A stretch of DNA of 64,000 nt from an uncultured Candidatus Saccharibacteria bacterium (GTDB lineage Bacteria; Patescibacteriota; Minisyncoccia; UBA6257; 2-01-FULL-56-20). The notes beneath the pieces are model-generated. The model did not search any database. It was not told the origin of the DNA and saw nothing but the letters and a program-made list of their open reading frames with translations. This document shows, one piece after another, positions 17,781 to 26,587 of this stretch. Numbering within the stretch: the first letter of the stretch is position 1; each line of letters starts with the position of its first letter. Where the stretch lies: the NCBI GenBank assembly GCA_964361095.1, contig CAYHZA010000007.1, positions 3,010 to 67,009 on the forward strand, in the 5' to 3' direction. The position numbers and the translations under genes were made by a program.

Positions 17781-17884
17781 GTTTCCCGCAGTAGACCTTT
17801 TTTCTGGTCTCATGGATTTTTGGTTGCGGGAAACTTTTGTTCAAAGGGCGGTTTTTATTTGTGTTCTTAAATTAAATTATCTCA

Positions 17885-18388
17885 ATGAAAAATTACACAC
17901 ACATTATTGTTTGGGCAGGAATCATTATCGTTGTTATCGCGGGGCTTTCTTTCGCGTCAAAACGTTCCGAACCGGCCAATATCTCCGATTCATTTGGGAG
18001 CGTTTCAAGCTCGCTTTCCGCTCCGGAGACAGTGTTCGACTTTGGAACGATTTCCATGGCGCGCGGAGTGGTTAGTCACGCTTACTCGATAAAAAATAAC
18101 GGCACCGAGCTGGTGGCGTTGAGTAAATTGTACACATCGTGCATGTGTACCAAGGCAAGTTTATCTTTTGGCGGAAAGAAAATCGGTCCGTTCGGAATGC
18201 CGGGGCACGGATTTGTGCCGGGTTTCAGCGAAGTGTTGAATCCTGGCGAAGAAGCGGTCATTGATGTTGCTTTCGATCCGGCGGCCCATGGGCCCGCGGG
18301 CATAGGAAAAATTGAGCGATCGGTAATCCTCGAGAATAACGGCGCAACGCCGCTTGAGGTAAAATTCACCGCAACCGTCACTCCATAA
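17885..18388 (+). CDS. DUF1573 domain protein (membrane-anchored)
   Basis: FDFGTISMARGVVSHAYSIKNNGTELVALSKLYTSCMCT matches the DUF1573 pattern (F.FG.i..G...f.i.N.G...L.i..v.tSCgCT). Confidence 0.6.
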   Translation: MKNYTHIIVWAGIIIVVIAGLSFASKRSEPANISDSFGSVSSSLSAPETVFDFGTISMARGVVSHAYSIKNNGTELVALSKLYTSCMCTKASLSFGGKKIGPFGMPGHGFVPGFSEVLNPGEEAVIDVAFDPAAHGPAGIGKIERSVILENNGATPLEVKFTATVTP

Positions 18389-18391
18389 ATA

Positions 18392-19174
18392 ATGAGTAAA
18401 AAATTATTAACGCTCATTGGTTTTGCCACGGTTATTCTCGGCGTTATCGCGTACTTTCGTTTTAGTAGCGGCGGGACACAGCTTTTGTGGGATATGAGTA
18501 GCGGTGGAACGTGGCTTCTACCGCTCGCGGTCGTCGCGGCGCTCATAGACAGCATTAATCCGTGCGCTTTCTCAATCCTTATTCTCACGATTGCTTTTCT
18601 CTTTAGTTTAGGGAGAGTGCGTTCGGATATCGTAAAGATAGGCGGCGCATACATTCTTGGGATTTTTGTTGTCTATGTCGCGATAGGACTGGGAATTCTT
18701 CAGGCGCTCCATCTTTTCAACACGCCACACTTTATGGCGAAAGTGGGCGCGGGGCTTTTGATTTTGTGGGGCCTGATAAATCTCATCAATGAGTTTTTTC
18801 CCTCGTTTCCGGTAAAGCTCCGTATTCCGCAAGCGGCGCATCGGATGATGGCGGAATTTATGAACAAGGGTTCACTTCCAACGGCGTTCATTTTGGGCGT
18901 GCTTGTCGGTTTGTGTGAATTTCCCTGTACAGGAGGCCCTTATCTTATGATATTGGGACTACTTCACGACCAGGGGACGTACATGAGCGGATTGGGGTAC
19001 CTTATCCTCTATAACGTTATCTTCATCTTGCCGCTCGTCATCATCCTTTTTATGGCAAGCGATCGCGCGGTTTTGGAACGGGTACAGGGGTGGAAAAAAG
19101 CAAACACGCGGAAGATGAGATTATTCGGGGGTCTCGCAATGGTCGTACTGGGACTCCTTATTTATCTTCTGTAA
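18392..19174 (+). CDS. DsbD/CcdA-family membrane protein for thiol-disulfide electron transfer
   Basis: Polytopic protein; Cys in TM1 (SINPCAF) and CEFPCTGGPY; sits beside thioredoxin-like and DUF1573 genes. Confidence 0.5.
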   Translation: MSKKLLTLIGFATVILGVIAYFRFSSGGTQLLWDMSSGGTWLLPLAVVAALIDSINPCAFSILILTIAFLFSLGRVRSDIVKIGGAYILGIFVVYVAIGLGILQALHLFNTPHFMAKVGAGLLILWGLINLINEFFPSFPVKLRIPQAAHRMMAEFMNKGSLPTAFILGVLVGLCEFPCTGGPYLMILGLLHDQGTYMSGLGYLILYNVIFILPLVIILFMASDRAVLERVQGWKKANTRKMRLFGGLAMVVLGLLIYLL

Positions 19175-19181
19175 AAAAACA

Positions 19182-19718
19182 ATGGCTACCGAAGAAGAAA
19201 AATTTTTTGATCTTGTCGCAAAGATCCAGGAGCTCAAAAAATCAAAAGACTTTGATCTGTCGATGGAGGAGGATCTAAGCATCGCCGTGATGAACCTCGT
19301 AAGCCTTGAAGAGCATTTCTTCTTTACGGCTTCAAAGACGGGGAAAGACGAGTACTTTGATCTTATGGGCGAAGCGCGGAATATACGCAAGGCGATGCTC
19401 GCGAAGATGATCGACGCGCACGAAGGGGAGACGTGGTGTATCTCGAAACATCTTCTTGCCGCGACGATGCGACTTATCGAGGTCGGTACAAAATTGCAGT
19501 CCGACGGTAAACGCGAAGAGGCAAAGGATGTATTCGCGAATGCCTATCGAGTTTATTCGCTCTTTTGGGCGCTGCGGTTGAAGCTCGTTGATACGAAGGG
19601 AATTAAAAAGATTTCCGATGGAAAACTGAATATTCACGAGGAGGCGAAATCGGAAAAACCATGGTCGGTCGAAGATATCGTCAACAAACTCGTGGATTGT
19701 TGTGATGAATCCCGTTAG
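19182..19718 (+). CDS. hypothetical protein
   Basis: 178-aa ORF, no motif recognised. Confidence 0.4.
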   Translation: MATEEEKFFDLVAKIQELKKSKDFDLSMEEDLSIAVMNLVSLEEHFFFTASKTGKDEYFDLMGEARNIRKAMLAKMIDAHEGETWCISKHLLAATMRLIEVGTKLQSDGKREEAKDVFANAYRVYSLFWALRLKLVDTKGIKKISDGKLNIHEEAKSEKPWSVEDIVNKLVDCCDESR

Positions 19719-19829
19719 AGAAAACCAATCCCATAAGTCGCACTACGAACCATAAAAACAGGCATATGTATTCCATAAAGATCTTGCCGGGAAACAATGG
19801 AAGCATAAGTGCCTCCTGCCTCTAACGGG

Positions 19830-20192
19830 ATGAATAAAATAATTTTCGTATCCTTGCTTGCGCTTATCGCTCTTTTGAGTATTTGGCTTTTTTGGCCGGT
19901 GCCGCCGCATCCGGAACTCAATCAATTCGCGCAGTGCTTGAGCGAAAAGGGTGTCACTATGTATGGAGCCGACTGGTGCCCCCATTGTCAAAACGAGAAA
20001 AGAGCTTTTGGAGATTCCTTCCGTTTTGTGCCATACGTTGAGTGCCCCAAGGAACCAAATCGGTGTATTGCGGCAGGCATCAACGGTTATCCAACGTGGG
20101 TGTTCGCGGATGGAACACGGTTTGAGGGAGAGCAAGGAATCCAAAAATTGTCGCAAAAAAGCGGTTGTCCGCTTGGAGAATCAAAAAATTAA
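19830..20192 (+). CDS. thioredoxin-fold protein (CPHC active site), membrane-anchored
   Basis: YGADWCPHCQNEK thioredoxin/DsbA-like motif; N-terminal TM. Confidence 0.65.
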   Translation: MNKIIFVSLLALIALLSIWLFWPVPPHPELNQFAQCLSEKGVTMYGADWCPHCQNEKRAFGDSFRFVPYVECPKEPNRCIAAGINGYPTWVFADGTRFEGEQGIQKLSQKSGCPLGESKN

Positions 20193-20204
20193 CCTTATGA
20201 ATCT

Positions 20205-21134
20205 ATGGAAAACGAACCGCAAAACAACATAACGGAAGATTTTCCGAGTGTTTTACCTAAGAAAGAAGGCGTGCTTTCGGCGAGCATTCTGATTTCCGTG
20301 CTGATTCTCGCCGGCGCGTGGATATATACAACCGGATTGAAGGCCGCGAATAATCCACAAAAAGGAAACGGCGCGCCTCTCTTGGAAGAAAAAGCATTAC
20401 CATCCGACGGGGTTGTTTTGCCGGTTGCATGGGGTGATCTTGGGGCGAGGCTTGTCGCCGCGGGAGCGATTGATGAGAGCAAGTTCAAGGCCATGTACGA
20501 TCGAAGAGGGGCTTTTCCTAATGAATACGAAAACCTGCTTCTCGAAAAAAATAACGGCAACATTAAAATCACCGGAGAGAACGCGGGTTATTTGTTGAAT
20601 TTATTCTGGGCGCTCGGTTTGAGCAATAAAAATAAAATTTTAGATGAAGGACCGATGATGGATCCGCGGTACGGAAACGCGGGAGGGTTTGCATCGACCG
20701 GCGGTTGGACGCTCGCGAAAGGCGATCCGATGGATCATTATTCAATGCACGTGCTCATTCCACTTACCGAAGACGAGCAAACGCTCGTCGAACGGGTGAG
20801 TAAGAACGTTTATCGCCCCTGTTGCGACAACGCGACTTACTTCCCGGACTGCAATCACGGGATGGCGATGCTCGGTCTTCTTGAGCTTCTAGCGTCACAG
20901 GGCGTAACCGAGGCGCAGATGTACCGCGTGGCGCTTCAGGTAAATTCGTATTGGTTTCCAGAGCAGTACGCTACGATTGCGCGGTACTTTGAGTCGGAAG
21001 GCATCTCGCCACAGAGCGTTGATCCGAAAGAGGCAGTCAGCGCGGCATACTCAAGCGGTTCCGGTTTTCGCCGGATCGCGAGTTTGGTGCCGCCGGAAAC
21101 CGAGAAACGCCCTAGCGGCGGATGTGGGGTATAG
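20205..21134 (+). CDS. hypothetical membrane-anchored protein
   Basis: 309-aa ORF, N-terminal TM, conserved-looking PCCDNATYFPDCNHG segment; no family assigned. Confidence 0.45.
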   Translation: MENEPQNNITEDFPSVLPKKEGVLSASILISVLILAGAWIYTTGLKAANNPQKGNGAPLLEEKALPSDGVVLPVAWGDLGARLVAAGAIDESKFKAMYDRRGAFPNEYENLLLEKNNGNIKITGENAGYLLNLFWALGLSNKNKILDEGPMMDPRYGNAGGFASTGGWTLAKGDPMDHYSMHVLIPLTEDEQTLVERVSKNVYRPCCDNATYFPDCNHGMAMLGLLELLASQGVTEAQMYRVALQVNSYWFPEQYATIARYFESEGISPQSVDPKEAVSAAYSSGSGFRRIASLVPPETEKRPSGGCGV

Positions 21135-21156
21135 ATAAGTATTGACGGAAAGTTAT

Positions 21157-21175
21157 CCACACCATGTGGTTGACT
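21157..21175. promoter_or_regulatory. CCACA-cca-TGTGG inverted repeat abutting TTGACT upstream of csoR (candidate operator)
   Basis: Palindrome and -35-like hexamer 65 bp upstream of the csoR start. Confidence 0.35.
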
Positions 21176-21239
21176 AATAGCATATAGGGGTATAGGGTAT
21201 AAGTAGGTCGATGCTAAATTATTAAAAACGCTTACACCC

Positions 21240-21512
21240 ATGGTAGATCAAAAACTTAAAAAAAGAGCCATTCACCGGGCAAAGATCATTCGCGGTCAGA
21301 TGGACGGACTCATCAAGGCGATTGAGAAAGAGACGTACTGTCCCGATCTACTCGAACAGTCCCGATCAATTCAAAGGTCGCTCAAGAGCCTTGATGCTTT
21401 CTTGCTCGAAAACCACTTGCGGACGCACGTGAAGCATCAAATGAATCAGAAAAGCGGAGACGACAAGGCCGTTAAAGAATTAATCAGGATATACACCTTG
21501 TCCAATAAATAG
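21240..21512 (+). CDS. csoR: CsoR/RcnR-family metal-sensing transcriptional repressor
   Basis: IRGQMDGLIKAIEKETYCPDLLEQ... fits the CsoR W-X-Y-Z signature region (C..H..C); about 90 aa. Confidence 0.75.
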   Translation: MVDQKLKKRAIHRAKIIRGQMDGLIKAIEKETYCPDLLEQSRSIQRSLKSLDAFLLENHLRTHVKHQMNQKSGDDKAVKELIRIYTLSNK

Positions 21513-21548
21513 TTGGCGGCTTCGTGGCCAAGGTAAACCCAATAACAC

Positions 21549-21713
21549 ATGACTCAATTATCAAGAGGTATGACATTTGATGTGGTTTGTGGCATGGAGC
21601 TTAACCTTGAACATATTAAACACGCCATAGAGCACAAAGGAGAAAGTTACTATTTTTGCGGAGAATCCTGCAGGGATCACTTTGTCAATGATCCCGAAAA
21701 ATATGTTGGCTAA
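21549..21713 (+). CDS. YHS/TRASH-domain small metal-binding protein (54 aa; absent from the ORF track because it is under 60 aa)
   Basis: VVCGMEL...YYFCGESCRDHFVNDPEKY has the YHS pattern CGM...YYFC..C..F...P..Y. Confidence 0.55.
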   Translation: MTQLSRGMTFDVVCGMELNLEHIKHAIEHKGESYYFCGESCRDHFVNDPEKYVG

Positions 21714-21734
21714 TTAATCAATTAATTCAAAAAT

Positions 21735-21956
21735 ATGAAACTATCAAAATTAATGCATGTTATGAGCGTTATCGTGGGGTTCGCCGGAGTGATTACATTT
21801 GCGGCCGCCATTCTTGGCGGTGCCGATAACCTTGTATTCGGGGTTACAAAAGTAGATGCCTTGCTCTGCTCCGGGATTCTTGTTCTTATCGCAATCTGGG
21901 TTCAAATTGGAACGATTCATCACATGATGCTTGAGAAGCGCGGGGAAATCATCTAA
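21735..21956 (+). CDS. small two-TM membrane protein
   Basis: 73-aa hydrophobic ORF within the copper module. Confidence 0.4.
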   Translation: MKLSKLMHVMSVIVGFAGVITFAAAILGGADNLVFGVTKVDALLCSGILVLIAIWVQIGTIHHMMLEKRGEII

Positions 21957-21978
21957 TCAATTAATTAAAACTTAATCT

Positions 21979-22188
21979 ATGGAAAACAAGATTAGATCAT
22001 TAATCAAAAAATTAAGCAGGTTTGGTTTTAGCGTTAGGTCAAAAAATAAAGACCACATAGATCCAGTATGCGGGATGGAGGCATCGGGTGGTCTATTCAA
22101 AGCCGATTATAAAGACAAAAATTATTATTTCTGTTCGGATCATTGCCGGGAGAAATTCGCGGCCAATCCCGATAATTACGTGAATTAA
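21979..22188 (+). CDS. YHS-domain small metal-binding protein
   Basis: DPVCGMEAS...YYFCSDHCREKFAANPDNYV. Confidence 0.6.
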   Translation: MENKIRSLIKKLSRFGFSVRSKNKDHIDPVCGMEASGGLFKADYKDKNYYFCSDHCREKFAANPDNYVN

Positions 22189-22192
22189 AAAT

Positions 22193-22642
22193 ATGGATAC
22201 AAAGCAGAAAACAAAGATTTTTTTCAGTGCCGTTGTCGCAATGTTATCGCTCCTGCTTTTGTATTTTCTTATCGTTACTCTCGTGTCAGGCTTCAAGTTT
22301 GCCCTAACTCAATTTTCAAGTTATTGGTATTTTTTAATCAGCTTGGCATTAGGATTTGGAATTCAGATCGGTCTATACTCTTATCTAAAACAGCTTGTGA
22401 AGAATAGCGGCGCGATTATGGGAGGCAAGACTGTGGCGGTAACGGGGACAACTTCTACGCTGGCAATGATTTCATGTTGCGCGCATTATTTGGCAAATAT
22501 TGTGCCAATACTCGGTATTGCGGGTGCTCTTTCTATAATTGCTCAATATCAAATCGAGATATTCTGGGTCGGTCTTTTCTTTAATGTGTTCGGGATAGCA
22601 TTTATCAGCAACAAAATCATCAAATTCAAAAAACACTTATGA
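22193..22642 (+). CDS. hypothetical polytopic membrane protein
   Basis: Four predicted TM helices; inside the copper module. Confidence 0.4.
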   Translation: MDTKQKTKIFFSAVVAMLSLLLLYFLIVTLVSGFKFALTQFSSYWYFLISLALGFGIQIGLYSYLKQLVKNSGAIMGGKTVAVTGTTSTLAMISCCAHYLANIVPILGIAGALSIIAQYQIEIFWVGLFFNVFGIAFISNKIIKFKKHL

Positions 22643-23097
22643 AAAAAGCGATAACTATATCCATAGGAGTCTTCGCGCTTATAGGGGGCTTTCTTGTTTT
22701 CTATAACTCAGAGCCCGTTTCTAATCCGGTTCAAAATAATACGCCTGCGTCTGACATGCGACAAAAATGGGATTCAAAAACAAATGAACAGGCGAGTGTC
22801 ACCGTGACCGTTACGCCGTTTGACCTCTTTGCGCAATCGAAAGAATGGAAGTTTGATGTTGTTTTAGACACTCATTCGGTTGAGCTTGATCAGGATATGA
22901 CTAAAGTGGCCGTGCTTGTGGATGAGGGTGGCAAAGAATACAAACCATTACGCTTCGAAGGCGATCCCGCCGCCGGCCACCACAGAGAAGGCACCCTTAT
23001 ATTTGGGCAAATAACACCGGTGCCGAAAGCCATCGAGTTAAAAATCAAGAATATTGGCGGAGTTCCCGAACGTTTGTTTAAGTGGAATATGGAATAA
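22639..23097 (+). CDS. hypothetical secreted or membrane-anchored protein
   Basis: N-terminal TM/signal; translationally coupled to neighbours. Confidence 0.4.
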   Translation: MKKAITISIGVFALIGGFLVFYNSEPVSNPVQNNTPASDMRQKWDSKTNEQASVTVTVTPFDLFAQSKEWKFDVVLDTHSVELDQDMTKVAVLVDEGGKEYKPLRFEGDPAAGHHREGTLIFGQITPVPKAIELKIKNIGGVPERLFKWNME

Positions 23098-23101
23098 ATT
23101 T

Positions 23102-25237
23102 ATGAATAATCACAATCACGAACTGCAGGAAAATTTGGCGACAGTTTACACTTGCCCCATGCACCCTGAAATCAGGCAGGACAGACCGGGTATGTGTCCC
23201 GAATGCGGCATGAGTCTTGTGCCCGCTAAAAAGTCCGCCAAAGGCGGACTTACCTCGGGCGGAAAAAAAATGACGGGTAAACATGCCGGGCACAGCACGG
23301 CAATGTTTCTTCGAAAATTCTGGGTAAGCTTGATTCTCACAATTCCGGTTGTACTCTATGCCGATGTGTTTAACACGATCTTTAAATGGTATTTGCCAGA
23401 GTTTCCTGGCATGGAATATATGCCGCTTTTGCTTGGCTCAATTGTTTTTTTCTATGGCGGATGGATTTTTCTCGCCGGTGCGTGGATAGAGATTCGCGGA
23501 CGCTTGCCCGGCATGATGACCTTGATCGGTATCGCGATTTCGGCGGCTTACTTTTGGAGCATCTACGCGGTTTTTGCAGGCGCGGAAGCTTTGTTCTGGG
23601 AACTGACGACTCTTATTACCATCATGCTGCTTGGCCACTGGATCGAAATGCGGGCGGTTTCCGGCGCGCAAGGCGCATTAAAAGAACTTTCAAAACTGCT
23701 TCCTGATACTGCTGAAGTTATTCGTAACGGTAAAATAGAAACAATCGAACTTTCTGAGCTTAAGGAAAATGACGTGGTCTTGGTGCGGCCGGGAAGCAAA
23801 ATTCCGGCAGACGGAAAAGTCATAAACGGTGAATCTGATGTGAACGAATCGATGGTGACTGGAGAATCAAAGCCAGTGGCTAAGAAAGATGGTGATGCTG
23901 TTATCGCCGGCACGATCAATGGCGACGGAGCGCTGAAGATCAGTGTCTCAAACATCGGGGAGAAAACATTTCTTGCAGGTGTAATGCGTTTGGTTGCCGA
24001 GGCGCAGGCTTCTAAGTCGAGATTGCAGATTCTCTCGGATCGTGCGGCCTTCTATTTAACGATAGTTGCCGTTGGCGGAGGTTTGATTACGCTAATTGCC
24101 TGGCTACTTTCTGGCGCAGAAGTTGGCTTTGCGGTAGCACGACTTGTGGCAGTGCTCGTCATTGCCTGTCCACACGCGCTCGGTCTTGCAGTGCCGCTTG
24201 TTGCTTCAATTTCTACAACAAAAGCGGCGCAAAACGGCCTTTTGGTAAAGCAACGGCTTGCTCTTGAAGCGGCAAGAACAGTCAACATTGTGCTTTTCGA
24301 CAAAACAGGAACGCTTACCAAGGGTGAATTCGGAGTCGTTGGAATATGGAATATAAATGGCCACAGTAAAGATGAGGTCTTAGAATTAGCAGCTTCTCTT
24401 GATGCCTTATCAGAACATCCGATCGCAAAAGCTGTGGTTATGGAGGCAAAGAAACGAGAGCTCTCGTTTAAAGAGCTAAAAAAATTTGAAGCATTAAAAG
24501 GTAAAGGAGTAAGGGCATTTATTGAAGAAAAAGAGGTTATGGTTGGCGGACCAGCGCTTCTTGAAAGCATGGGCGTTAATGTTCCGAATGAACTTACAAA
24601 GCAGGTTCAGGATGCCGGAAAAAAAGGACAGACGGTTATCTTTGTGCTTCGCGACAGAGCCCTTTTGGGCGCGCTTGCCCTTGCCGACATCATCCGTGAA
24701 GAATCACAGGAAGCGATCAGAGCGCTCAAAGCAATGGGTGTCCGTTCCGCGATGGTTACCGGCGATTCGGAGGATGTTGCAAAATGGGTAAGCCAAGCAC
24801 TTAGCATCGACGAATACTTTGCTCGTGTGTTGCCCTCGGAGAAGTCAGAAAAAGTGAGAGAACTTCAAAGGCGCAACATGAGAGTCGCTATGGTGGGCGA
24901 CGGCGTGAATGACGCGCCGGCCTTGACTCAAGCCGATCTCGGTATCGCGATCGGCGCGGGGACGAATGTTGCCATTGAGTCGGCAGGAATTATTCTGGTC
25001 CGCAATGATCCGCGGGATATTGTAAAAATAATCAGATTGTCTCAGATGACGTATTCAAAGATGATCCAAAATCTTTGGTGGGCGGCTGGCTATAATATCA
25101 TCGCATTGCCACTGGCGGCCGGCGCCCTCGCCTTTAAGGGTATATTACTGGATCCGGCGATTGCGGCAGTGTTTATGTCGGCAAGTACGGTGATTGTCGC
25201 CGTGAACGCCGTTCTTTTAAGACGGCAGAAGTTGTAG
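23102..25237 (+). CDS. copper-translocating P1B-type ATPase (CopB-like, CPH motif) with N-terminal CxxC-CxxC metal-binding domain
   Basis: N-terminal YTCPMHPEIRQDRPGMCPECGM; TM CPH motif (IACPHALGLAVP); DKTGTLT; GDGVNDAPAL. Confidence 0.85.
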   Translation: MNNHNHELQENLATVYTCPMHPEIRQDRPGMCPECGMSLVPAKKSAKGGLTSGGKKMTGKHAGHSTAMFLRKFWVSLILTIPVVLYADVFNTIFKWYLPEFPGMEYMPLLLGSIVFFYGGWIFLAGAWIEIRGRLPGMMTLIGIAISAAYFWSIYAVFAGAEALFWELTTLITIMLLGHWIEMRAVSGAQGALKELSKLLPDTAEVIRNGKIETIELSELKENDVVLVRPGSKIPADGKVINGESDVNESMVTGESKPVAKKDGDAVIAGTINGDGALKISVSNIGEKTFLAGVMRLVAEAQASKSRLQILSDRAAFYLTIVAVGGGLITLIAWLLSGAEVGFAVARLVAVLVIACPHALGLAVPLVASISTTKAAQNGLLVKQRLALEAARTVNIVLFDKTGTLTKGEFGVVGIWNINGHSKDEVLELAASLDALSEHPIAKAVVMEAKKRELSFKELKKFEALKGKGVRAFIEEKEVMVGGPALLESMGVNVPNELTKQVQDAGKKGQTVIFVLRDRALLGALALADIIREESQEAIRALKAMGVRSAMVTGDSEDVAKWVSQALSIDEYFARVLPSEKSEKVRELQRRNMRVAMVGDGVNDAPALTQADLGIAIGAGTNVAIESAGIILVRNDPRDIVKIIRLSQMTYSKMIQNLWWAAGYNIIALPLAAGALAFKGILLDPAIAAVFMSASTVIVAVNAVLLRRQKL

Positions 25238-25280
25238 AATGAGATGTGATGCGTTCAGGAATTTTTTGTGATATCCATTT

Positions 25281-26576
25281 ATGAGCAATCTTAAAAAGAT
25301 AAAAAATTTTGAGGATCTTGCGCGGACTCCGCTTCGCAAGCTTGCGTTTCAAATGATAGAAGCGGGAATTGCCGCGATTGACACAAAAACGTCGGTGCGC
25401 TCGGCCGTACGTTTTGAAGGAGATGTTCTTATGGTTAACGATAAGAAGATTCGGATCCATGAAGGTGGGCGCTTGTTCGTCGTAGGAGTCGGGAAGTGCT
25501 CGCTTGAAGCCGCCGCGGCGCTTGAAGAAATTTTAGGAGATCGCATCACGGCGGGTATTGTTGTGGATGTGCACGATGGGGAGCTTAAAAAAATAAAAGC
25601 GTATGCAGGTGATCATCCTTTTCCGTCACAAAGGAACGTTGACGTTACGAAAGCTATGATCGATCTTCTCCGCGATGCTCGCGAAGATGACGTGGTTATC
25701 GCGATTGTTTCGGGAGGCGGATCAACACTTCTCTGTCAGCCCCAGAATATGACCTGCCAGGACGAAGCGTTTATTGTCGAGCACCTTTTCAGAGAAGGGG
25801 CTACCATACAAAAGATTAATACCTTGCGGAAGCACCTCTCTCTTGCCCGGGGAGGTTATTTGGCGAAATATGCTTATCCCGCAACCGTTGTCTCCCTTAT
25901 CTTTTCGGATGTGCCCGGTAATGATATTCGAGCCGTTGCTTCGGGTCCGACAGTGCGTGATCTTACGACGATTGCCGATGCGAAAAAAATCGCTGAAGAA
26001 TTCGGCGTTCGACAAGTAAGCCATTTGAGCGGATTTGATCTCATAGAGACACCGAAAGAAGAAAAATATTTTTCGAAGGTACACAATTTTCTTATTGTTT
26101 CGAATATCGTGGCGCTTCAGGCTATGGCGGCTATTGCGGAGCAGAACGGATTTAATCCCGTTATCTGCGGTAGCTGTATCTTTGGAGAAGCACGTGTTAT
26201 CGGCGAAGGCATCGTAAAGCAACTTGGCACGTTTAGCGGCAAAACAGCTCTTCTTTATGGCGGAGAAACTACGGTTACGATGAAGGGAAACGGTAAAGGA
26301 GGACGGAATCAGGAGTTGGCGCTTTCCGCTCTGCGATTTATAAAGAATAATCAACTTGTCGTCTCTTTCGCTTCGGATGGTAAAGACAATTCCGAATTCG
26401 CGGGCGCTTTGTGTGATATAATAACTAAAGAGAATGCCGCCTTACGCGGGTTCGATCCCGAAGAATATCTCGCAAGAAACGACGCGTATCCTTTCTTTCG
26501 CGAAGTAGGTGATTACTTTTTAACGGGAGATACCGGATCGAATGTTTCCGATCTTATTATTGCGCTTAAGGAATAA
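25281..26576 (+). CDS. glycerate kinase (MOFRL family)
   Basis: About 430 aa; VVGVGKCSLEAAAALE and IVSGGGSTLL patterns of MOFRL/DUF4147 glycerate 2-kinases. Confidence 0.6.
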   Translation: MSNLKKIKNFEDLARTPLRKLAFQMIEAGIAAIDTKTSVRSAVRFEGDVLMVNDKKIRIHEGGRLFVVGVGKCSLEAAAALEEILGDRITAGIVVDVHDGELKKIKAYAGDHPFPSQRNVDVTKAMIDLLRDAREDDVVIAIVSGGGSTLLCQPQNMTCQDEAFIVEHLFREGATIQKINTLRKHLSLARGGYLAKYAYPATVVSLIFSDVPGNDIRAVASGPTVRDLTTIADAKKIAEEFGVRQVSHLSGFDLIETPKEEKYFSKVHNFLIVSNIVALQAMAAIAEQNGFNPVICGSCIFGEARVIGEGIVKQLGTFSGKTALLYGGETTVTMKGNGKGGRNQELALSALRFIKNNQLVVSFASDGKDNSEFAGALCDIITKENAALRGFDPEEYLARNDAYPFFREVGDYFLTGDTGSNVSDLIIALKE

Positions 26577-26587
26577 AAATTACAACT

